From NCBI RefSeq assembly GCF_052425735.1, contig NC_135768.1, forward strand, positions 8,742,001 to 8,806,000: a stretch of DNA of 64,000 nucleotides, read 5' to 3'. Each line of letters opens with the position of its first letter. Position 1 is the first letter of the stretch. Positions 23,557 to 32,827 of this stretch are shown here, one piece after another. Origin of the DNA: Oculina patagonica. Taxonomy: Eukaryota. The notes below the pieces were generated by a model. The model was not told the DNA's origin. It did not search any database and saw only the letters and a program-made list of their open reading frames with translations. The position numbers were made by a program, and so were the translations under genes.

Positions 23557-24681
23557 TTAGCACTTATACAGAAATTTCTTAACACTAGGGTCTAGATTCC
23601 GCTTGGAGTGGCTTGGAATTCCTGGCGGTGCATAACTGTGAAAATCAGTCTCCTCGACAATACCTTCCTCGTGCATGTCTCGATCGTCAACAAAAAGAGA
23701 CAGGTATTTGCCCTGAATTATTCTAAATGCTTGCGAGCCAGGTTCTTTCCAGAAAACTTGAATATGGCTTCGTCCCTTGGATTGTTTGTGCAGCGCCTCA
23801 ATGTAGTATTTTCTAGAGGATTTCAGTGCGATTTTCCTCGAAACTTGAATGGGATATTTTTTGTAATTGTATGGCGTTGTCCACGCCGCGCCATTTGCCG
23901 AATATACTGCGGCGATCAGTCGGGATTTCTTCGGGTTGCTGTCGGAGCTCAACCACAGCTCTGAAGTATCATCGGAAGTGATCGCGAACTCGTGTAGACC
24001 CTGCTTTTCTGGGTGAATGAACCCGAAAATTCTTTCACCGAAGTCGCTTCCTTCCGAGTGCGATCTGAACTGTTCCAAAAATTTTCGCACATACGGGAAA
24101 CGAGGAAATAATGGCGAATGTCGAAGTTGTTCAACGTATGGACCGCACATTCCTTGCCATGTATGAACGTTTAACTTTCCGGCCATGTTCTCGGGAACAA
24201 CTTGCTCAAAAAAAGCCGAGAGCAATTCGTGGCCAGTAATCTCGTTCTCTTTCGGGGAGAACGTGAGTTTCCCTGTTTTCCCAGAGTCCGGTTCGGGTGT
24301 CACGATTACCACTTTTCCGTCCCGATCCGAAGATTCTTCGTCTCGTTGCAACTCAATCGGATCGGACTCGGCAGGCTTATTTCGCCTACCCGAGTCAATG
24401 GCGAGAACAACGGTTGCAACAGGAGTCGGTTTGTTTGTAGGAGCTTTTGTCATGTTTAGCAACGTTTCGAAAAACTCATTTTGCTCTTTCAGTAAACGCA
24501 GGTCCTTTCTCAATGTCATTGTTGGTGTTGCGCTTTTAAATCCTGAATGCTGAAGAAAATCCTCCGCAGAGAAACTCCGATGAAGCAGAAATATCACAAT
24601 AAATGGAAAAATAATGATAGGGAGTGTACATAAACACCAAATCGCTTGTCCATCTCTTTTTTTGCTATAGCGCGAGACCAT
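23557..24681 (-). CDS. Type II membrane PA14-domain protein, beta-1,4-N-acetylgalactosaminyltransferase 3/4-like, 374 aa, lacking the catalytic domain (possibly truncated)
   Basis: First ATG at 24681; TM helix IWCLCTLPIIIFPFIVIFLL; stem; PA14 motifs GKLNVHTW..CG..QLR..PLFP, FGERIFGFIHP, FAITSDDTSELWLS, YYIEALHKQ match the B4GALNT3/4 pattern. Confidence 0.85.
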   Translation of the reverse strand: MVSRYSKKRDGQAIWCLCTLPIIIFPFIVIFLLHRSFSAEDFLQHSGFKSATPTMTLRKDLRLLKEQNEFFETLLNMTKAPTNKPTPVATVVLAIDSGRRNKPAESDPIELQRDEESSDRDGKVVIVTPEPDSGKTGKLTFSPKENEITGHELLSAFFEQVVPENMAGKLNVHTWQGMCGPYVEQLRHSPLFPRFPYVRKFLEQFRSHSEGSDFGERIFGFIHPEKQGLHEFAITSDDTSELWLSSDSNPKKSRLIAAVYSANGAAWTTPYNYKKYPIQVSRKIALKSSRKYYIEALHKQSKGRSHIQVFWKEPGSQAFRIIQGKYLSLFVDDRDMHEEGIVEETDFHSYAPPGIPSHSKRNLDPSVKKFLYKC

Positions 24682-27130
24682 CGCAAGATATCGCAGTTTT
24701 CTCCTCGCAGAACGTAAGAAATTCCACGCCAGCCTGCTCGCCTTGTTTCTGTAACTTACGTCCGCGCCTATAGCTATTCGCACTTCAAACCGTCCGTCGC
24801 CATTTCGATGGATGTAAAGCTATGCTGCCAAAATTTACTTTGAGTAGCAACTCGCCGATGTAGTACAATGCTGTAACGATGGTTTAAAGTCGCCTCAACT
24901 ACTTTTACAAATTTTCCCGCGTTTGAGACGTTCACTTTACCGTCTTAGTCAAACCAAATCACGCAAGCGTGTGACCCGACCAGCCTGTATTATGCATGAA
25001 GAAGCTGTTTCGAATTGCTTCTTTGCGCCAGTGAAGAGTTTTATGCATCATTGACAATTGTTTGTCGAAGAAGGCTGCCGATAGGTTGTTTTACTCCTCG
25101 CATTGTTAGCGAAATCAAACGCATCGCTTCATGTGCGTTTTGGATGTCAAATAGAAAACAAGTTTTCTTTAACATGTTACTTTTTTGCTACAACTTAATA
25201 AGAACGGAGAAAGAAAGAAAGCTAAGCTAAGCGATGTCATGAAAAATGACTTTTTTAAACATTGCCTTGTAGTTTCATTAAAAAAAAATAGACGCTAACT
25301 CTCGGGTAAACCAAATTCGTGAATTTAGCTTTCGGTTAAAAAAGCTAATGGCCTTAATTGTGAAGTTCACGGTTCACGCTTTCAATCGCTCTCAAAATCA
25401 CAATTCACGGTATCATTTCACGCTTCACGATGTCAACAACGCACGGTTTATGCTCTCACGGCTCAGTAACACATGTCAATTAGCAACGCATATTTTGGTC
25501 TTGTAACGCGCCTACAGAACCGTAGATCAAACAAACGTATCATATGAGAAGGATGAACAGTCTCGTGGTTTTTGCAGTAACTTTGTATGCGTGGAAGATA
25601 AATCCATTCCTAAAACAAAACTATAACAATAAATAAAGGGTCTTAGGCATTGCAAAAATGCATTGTGATTAATATTTAAGGTTCTTCTGGGAAATGGCAT
25701 ACTGGAGGTGCAATAACCGTGAACAAGTCCATTGATTTTCGTGTTAGCACGACGGGTAAAAGAAGTCACTTGTTTACTTCATTACATGAAGCGGATAGTC
25801 AAATAACTCAACCGTCCATGTAAAAACTGTAGCAAAAATACCCCAGGCTTTACAATTTGTGAATTTCTTTGAAATACTTCTTGGTACGGTCGGAGAAACA
25901 ACCTATGGCTTCATTCCCAAAAACTGACGAAGCTCGCGGCTTCCAATAGAGAGTTCTAGTCTTTTCTGAGTGGTAATTATGCCTTTGCCGTTTTACGTCC
26001 ATTAATTGGTGTGATCATTTAAATAAAAGCTATCGAGCAGTACTTTCTGAGACGAATGCAGTGAGCTCCCATCAAAAAAGAACCCGGAGATCTTCGCAGT
26101 TTTATTTAAGCACAGTCATTTTGCTGATTTAAAAGTACTTGAGGAGAAAGCCTGAAAAAAATCAGTCTGCAACTTTAAGGGGAGTCGAACTGACATACAA
26201 GACCATATTTTGTGAGAGCGGTACAAACGCCCTGGTGACCAAGAGCATTTGGACGTGAACCATAAAAGTCATAGGTTCGAATCCCACTGACACCTGATGT
26301 TTTTCATGCGCGCGGAAACAACTTGAAAAGTTGCCTTATTTTAAAATTGCATCCATTTCCACCGAGGCATTCGCGCAAAGGCGCTTTCACAGTTCTAGAT
26401 AAAAAAAATTTCATTTTTTATTCCAGATTTGCGTTAAAATCTGGTTAAATCCGTGATAAAACCTCTTTAATTCGGTGGCAAATCTGGCTGAGAGGTGCTA
26501 AGAGGGGTGGGGCCGGCAATGAATACTAGGCCCTAGTCGCGAAGTAAGAAAGACGCGAAGATTTTGTCCCCTCGGGTCTCATACTTTTTCAGCAAAAAAA
26601 GGTAGCGGACCCACCCTCTTCGCTACTGAAATTCTAAAACAGCACCGAGAAAATTTAGGAACTGTACATGTTAGGTTAAATGAGACTGCAATGATTGGGA
26701 ATTTATTTGCCTATTGACGTTATCTCGCTTTTGTTTTTTTTATTAATAACCAAGAGAAAATAACAACTTATTCTCATTCTCGCAATTGTAATTTGAACGA
26801 CATTCCATCGAAATATACAACTGACAAGAGATTATCGTTCAAACTTTCTATTGTTGTTCATCTGAAAGCTTTATTTTTTAATAAAAAGAGGGGTCCCGTA
26901 TTTTTGTAGGAGCAGGAAGACCTTATATACCCTTTTAGATATTCATATTGAAGACAGACAACTTTCACATCAGAAGCATTATTTGAGTACTGGCTACGTC
27001 ATTTTTCTAAAAATTTTTAAATTCATTCAAGAAAAGCACCAGAAAATGATTCCTTAGTCACGAAAACGACGATTTATCCCTCTTGCGAGCCAAGCCATAT
27101 AGAAAAAGTCGCGCGCGCCCTAATCACGTA

Positions 27131-27904
27131 TTAAAGTGTAAATGACAGAAAAATATTTTCTGCTTATTTGAAAGGCCTTTCGAAATAAGAAGAATGGCGT
27201 TTTTCTTTTCGAAATATCTTTTTTCGTTTCAGAGATATTGCGTTTTTGTGTTATGCAAATTAGATCAGTGATGACGTCATAAGATTTGACTCTAAAAAAT
27301 GGTAAAATACTGAATAAAAAATATCTCTGGAAATATTGAAGCAGTGTTCTTGAAACTTGGCGCCACAAATGTGCATCACAACAGGAACAAAATGACACCC
27401 TTAGTATTGTTGCCATAGCAACTCTTTCAGCTCCAGTCTCTCTCTGTCAAAAAGACAAATATCCCCATATCTGACCTCTAAAGTGAGACAAAGGGTCCTG
27501 CTTAGAACAGACATAGTTCCCATATTGCCTTAATTCCCACCATCGGTTTGACTGTGCTAGATGTTCTTGGTTTAAGACAAAAACTGGGAATTTCAGTTTT
27601 TATTGAGACAGCACCAGCGGCAAACTGTTGTCATGGCAACAGCCCTAAGAGTGACATTTTGTTTCTTTTGTGATGCACATTTGTGGTGCCAAGTTTCAAG
27701 AACACTGTTTAGTTTTAGAGATTTGTTTATTCAGTATTTTACCATTTTTTAGAGACGTCATCACTGATCTAATTTGCATAATACAAAAACGTCAATATCT
27801 CTGAAACGAAAAAAGATATTTCAAAAAGAAAAACGCCATTCTACTGAATTTTGAAAGGCCTTTCAAATAAGCAGGAAATATTTTTCATGTCATATACACT
27901 TTAA
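27131..27904. mobile_element. Kolobok-like MITE with ~290-bp TIRs and TTAA TSD, nested in an older TTAA-ended repeat
   Basis: TTAA|AGTGTAAATGACAGAAAAATATTT ... AAATATTTTTCATGTCATATACACT|TTAA; long inverted similarity. Confidence 0.9.
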
Positions 27905-29071
27905 ATTATGCGCAGTACGGGATGCGCAATGCAATACTGAGGAATGACCTTAACATAGTACTGAAATTTTTTGTAATTTTAATTTAATGTAATTTGTTCA
28001 GCTTAAAAACGCTTAAAGAGCAGTGTAAACCAAACACTACCCTGACACTTAAAGAAATAAAGTTATAAATTCATTGAACAACCGGTAGATTTAGCTAACT
28101 TTTGAGGGAGAGTTATCATATAAAATAAAACATCAAACCAACAAACTATTTTCAAATCTTGCAGTTGGCACATTTTTATTGTATTTTTCGCCTTCTTGTA
28201 AAAATGAACTTTTACAAACATGACTAATGTATATAATTTAAATTTCGAAAAGAGGCTATAATATTTATTCATATTTTTCACACACGTATATAAGTTCATG
28301 TATATAATGTTGAGCTCTGTAACATGCAGAAAATAAAACACGATATTTCTACATGCGTATTTTCACAAAAGTACATATAAACGTATGCATGTCTCGAAGT
28401 ACAATAACCTATTTTTTGTCACATTCTACACTAAAAGTATTATAAGCTTAAAAACGGGAATAACATTTATTAGAGTGAACCAAACTCTAAACTCACTTTT
28501 TTCCGCGCTTTCTACAGTTGAATTCAAATTTGAAGTATTATTTACTATCCTATTCTAAACATTCGGTAAGGCTAATATTAAGACTATTAAATATTTTAGT
28601 CTCGGTATGTTCACATTTTGTGGTCTGTAAGCTTTAAAGATAGTGGCTCGGAAGTCAGTGATCGCTTGTCAGGAAATCATAAAGCGCTTTCTTGTTTATT
28701 TTATCCCCATGCACAAGACGGAACACCTTGTATGAAACATAATGAAAAGCAAACATGATAAAACGATTTATATCAACTGGCTTACTTACAGAACGATAAC
28801 CGAACGCGATCATTATTGTCGAGTATTAAAAATAAAGATTTCGTTAACACTTCTGTATACTTTAACACACTACACTAAAGCTTAGAGACCACAACCATTA
28901 CCTTAATCCTCTACGTCCCAATACGTTAATTAATTTATGCTATCTCTACTATGATCTATAACCAAATTTGCCGCAGAAAATACACAAACCATTGCAAGGA
29001 AAAGATTGATAATGCCTCTCAGAGACCAAAGCTAATAGCACTATATTTGTGACAATAATAAATATTACTGA

Positions 29072-29104
29072 GAAACAAACAAACAAACAAACAAACAAAC
29101 AAAC
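29072..29104. repeat. (AAAC)n microsatellite in the putative DMRT 3' UTR
   Basis: About 8 AAAC units. Confidence 0.9.
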
Positions 29105-29479
29105 TCGACGAGCTTTTTTCTATCTTGGGTTTTGTTGCTTGGCCCTCTAGTCAACCCGCGTCAATAACAGCTAATATTATGTAAAAGTATCTTTTATGAC
29201 TTTATACGCAAACATGGCGTACAAACTAGCGATTTTTTTTTCTCGCGGAAAGAGCGTTTTTTACGAAGGTTGTTGTTATATATACACAAAGAAATCTTTA
29301 CATCGTCTTTGACGATGAACGTAAAAGAGTTGAATTTATAGCTCTTAGAGTTTTTAACCATTTTTTTACATGTAATAGTCCGAGGAAATTCCCTTATAAA
29401 TTTTAGTCGTAACAAAATTTTAATCCCCTTCGTTAAATAATTGCAGTAAATGAGCCGAGCATCTGTATATCGTTAATAA

Positions 29480-29634
29480 TTAACCCTTTAAGCACCAAAT
29501 ATCAACACACAAATTCTCCTCACATGGTTTCCAATTTTCTCCTAGTAAAATTTGAGAGAATTTATCTAACAATCAACAAAAAATTGCTTTTGTTAGGAGA
29601 AGTGTCGTGTTTATAGCTTGACTTAAAGGGTTAA
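29480..29634. mobile_element. piggyBac-like MITE in the DMRT 3' UTR
   Basis: TTAA|CCCTTTAAG ... CTTAAAGGG|TTAA. Confidence 0.8.
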
Positions 29635-29724
29635 TGTATACAAACTTATGAAGAAATTAACTGATGCTTAAAGATACGTTTCAACACATATTCATGAAAG
29701 AAAATATTTATACGAACATCTGCG

Positions 29725-30551
29725 TTATTTGTGGAGCTTTTGCCCACAGAAAGCACAAAAATTGTCCTCGCAATTTGCTTTTCGACCGCACTTCGTGCAA
29801 AAATGTACCATCACCGCTTTTTCCTCTCCTTTGGGAGACCCTGAGCCTGCGCTAACAGTGTTCGGCGGTGAAGCCAAGACGGCGTCCATGGAGAAAGGAT
29901 AACCGCTGACCTGTGGTTTCGGCTTGAGTAATGGCGGCGGTGGCGGGTAGGGACAGCTTGGACTTAGAGGGGGCCTGTGGAAAGCATGCGAAAAAGGCTC
30001 CGGCTTGCGAAAGAGCGGAGGTCCTTGAAAGTGTAGGGCTGGATGAATTGCAGTTGGTGCACCCCCGACACTGCCAATCACTGGCACAGGCATGCGTAGA
30101 GGAAACTGTTTCTTTTGTTCCTGATTTTGAAGTAAGCACTCTATTGCCTGAACAACGTTTCCTCCGCAACCTTGAAGGACTAACTCGAGCACGCTTCGGC
30201 ACTGACTCGGGAAAGCTCGCATTAACAACACGAGCGGATCTTGTTGGATTTTTCTTCCCACGTTCGGGCTTTCTGAAGTTCGGGGCATCTTCGATTGAAG
30301 TCGGAGGACATCGATTTCATCGTGTGGCACCTCTCCGTTGATTTTCCTCTTCGGGGACTGAAGCGGAGTTCCGTTTTCGCTCGGTGTGACCATCTTGTCG
30401 CCTTCTTCTTCATGTTCCGGTGTTTTCTCCGGTTCGGTCTTTATTCGTACACCGTCGATTATCGTCGGTTCAGGTTCGGAAGGGTGTTCGCTTTGAGAAT
30501 CAGCGTTTTCTTCGGATGCTGTCGGGGACAGTTGCTGATCGATACCTTCAT
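29725..30551 (-). CDS. DMRT: DMRT coding exon 2 (DMA domain, Pro-rich region, eh1-like motif, zinc ribbon)
   Basis: ccacag|AT GAA GGT..., open to TAA at 29725. Confidence 0.93.
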
Positions 30552-31521
30552 CTGTGGATTGACGACAAAGAAGAAGGAAAATAAATTAGCTCTTTGTATT
30601 AATTTAGCTCTGACAAACGTCCAAGGCAAGGAAACCTAATTTTATAGTCTAATTATGTGGAACAAGTAGTGTAGATTTTAATGATCCAGCCAGAGAAGCA
30701 GCTTTCCGTTAACGTTTATTCTTTGAGAGATAAATTATTCCGAAGACCCGACGACCTAGCTACAAAGATTTCCAAGCTGGCCCGAAGAGTTCCGAAAACG
30801 ACCCGAGACCTTAGAGTTTGAACAACATTGGTAGGTCAGCAAATATTTCCTATAGTCTAACGAATATTTCCGAAGATCACCCAATCACTACTCTTAATCA
30901 CACTTCATTTGCAGNNNNNNNNNNNNNNNNNNNNNNNNNNNNNNNNNNNNNNNNNNNNNNNNNNNNNNNNNNNNNNNNNNNNNNNNNNNNNNNNNNNNNN
31001 NNNNNNNNNNNNNNNNNNNNNNNNNNNNNNNNNNNNNNNNNNNNNNNNNNNNNNNNNNNNNNNNNNNNNNNNNNNNNNNNNNNNNNAGAGATTTAGTTAA
31101 GCATCACTTATGTTACCTACACTAATAAGTGAAAGGCTGAAAGCATACCTTCATAATCCGTGTCACTATCATTCCTTCCGTGTATCGTTGGCATTGAGCT
31201 TAGCACCATTGAAGGCCTTTGATAAACATCATCTCCAAACACCTTGCCTACTTGTTCCTTATCTCCGTCTTTAGGTTCCATTTTTTGCGTCATCTCTGTG
31301 TTTTTTCTCTGTTGCCGCAAGAGGGCCACCCGAGCGGCCGTTATTCGCTGGCGCTCAGCGATGAGAAGGCATTTAGAACAGGTACAGTCCCTCCATCTGC
31401 AGTAGTGTTTGTGTCCCTTGAGCCACGACAGAGCGCCATGATTACGGCAGCGCGCGCATTTTGGAATGCGGTGGTACAAGGCGCTACCCGGGGAGGGTAC
31501 CCTCGGAAGAATTTCACTCAT
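29725..31521 (-). CDS. DMRT: Doublesex/mab-3-related transcription factor (DMRTA/DMRT3-type: DM + DMA), 399 aa, two coding exons
   Basis: Exons 31149-31521 (373 nt) + 29725-30551 (827 nt) = 1200 nt, phase-1 GT-AG intron. DM domain [32 protein letters not shown]; DMA domain [32 protein letters not shown]. Confidence 0.95.
30915..31086. other. Assembly gap (172 N) in the DMRT intron
   Basis: Run of N. Confidence 1.
31149..31521 (-). CDS. DMRT: DMRT coding exon 1 (DM domain 31309-31470)
   Basis: cttttag|G ATG AGT GAA...; donor GAA G|GTATGC. Confidence 0.93.
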
Positions 31522-31619
31522 CCTAAAAGCAATCAAGGGAATACGGTTTAGAACATTTCAGTAAGGGACGTGTTACGGCTGAGTTTAGTCTATTTTATTA
31601 AGTTTTGCCAAATACTCAC

Positions 31620-31904
31620 TATGAAACTTTTAAAGTTATAAAATACAGAAAAAGCGAAGAAGTCACTTAGACTTTATTGCCTATGACTCTAAATGACAAA
31701 AGCATAGCTTCATTACAAACAAATATTTCTCCCAGACGATATAATAAAAGTTGCAACAAACGAATTAACTGTTCAGCCTAACAGTTTTTCAAAACCCAAT
31801 ATTGCAATCTGTTTTAATCTTCTTCGACTTTTGTCCATCCGAACTCTTTTGTATTTGCTGTGTTATTGAAATGTTCCTTCGCTGTTTTAAGTGCTCTTTT
31901 TATA
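31620..31904 (-). promoter_or_regulatory. Putative DMRT proximal TATA promoter and non-coding first exon
   Basis: TATAAAAA at 31904-31897, Inr-like TTCAAT ~31870, donor A|GTGAGT at 31619, 97-nt intron to the acceptor at 31523. Confidence 0.6.
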
Positions 31905-32804
31905 CCTTCACTCAATTTGGTGGCCATTTTATTGTTTCTGAATTTTGGTTAAAATTAATCCGTTACACCGTTCCTTTGATACCTACTCAACGTCATGCAC
32001 CTAGCTATACAGACCTTTTGTCGCTAAAGCGTGGGACAATCTTTGCTATATTATACAGGCTGGGTAAAAATTCTTTGTATGGGAAGCGACAGTTAATCGC
32101 AAGAGGGCGCATTAAACAAATGGGTTCACGGCGGGTATCAGATTTGAAATAAGTGCAAAATTAATCCGGGAAATCACGTACATCTTCGTCCTCACGATAT
32201 GCAATTCTCGATAAAGCTTCCGTTTAACTCATTTTAGGCCTAAACATGCACATTCCTACAATCTGAGATCTTTTTTTTTACTACTTTCAGTCCGTAATTT
32301 CGATCAAATTGTTAATTCTCCTTATCCTCGCTGAAAGCAGTACATACATTTCTTTTGAAATTAGTTTCAAAAACTTTGATGGCACATCATGAGAAAGTTG
32401 ATCATTTTCTATATTTTCATCATGAACTGCCTACTTGACGATGTATTAACATTTTAAAGAGAAATTGTTTGTGGATCGTTCTTCTACAAGAAGTTTCACC
32501 TTATTTAACCAAGTTTTCATGATGGACCTTGAAACGTTTGTTATATTGTGGTTGTTTGATAGTAATGGGTTAAAAAAATCACTTTGAGCAATGAAATGGG
32601 CCAAAATTTATTGTAATTAAAGTCTCGCCTAAAACACGTGAGGCCGTAACAAACCGAGATAAAATAAATATTGCTAACGTTCCGAAATATAACGTCAATA
32701 GTGGGGCAAACGTGTTCCGGTTTTTGATGAATCTTCGTACAAGCATTCGAATGGTTTCCGATTTATTATCGACCAAGAAATATAGGGCCAGCGCCCGTAA
32801 GTGG

Positions 32805-32827
32805 ATGACGTCATGTTACCTAGCAAC
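32805..32827. promoter_or_regulatory. Adjacent CRE (ATGACGTCAT) and RFX X-box (GTTACCTAGCAAC)
   Basis: Both motifs match consensus and abut with no spacer. Confidence 0.5.

Noticed and set aside
24682-24783. N-terminal 34-aa extension of the PA14 ORF in the ORF track
   Set aside because: Starts at GTG; the first ATG at 24681 gives a normal short cytosolic tail before the TM helix.
30818-31100. ORFs with X runs
   Set aside because: Artefacts of the N gap.
29931-31551. Plus-strand ORFs overlapping DMRT (also those overlapping the PA14 ORF and PSME4 exon 11)
   Set aside because: Antisense shadows of real coding exons with no recognisable domains.
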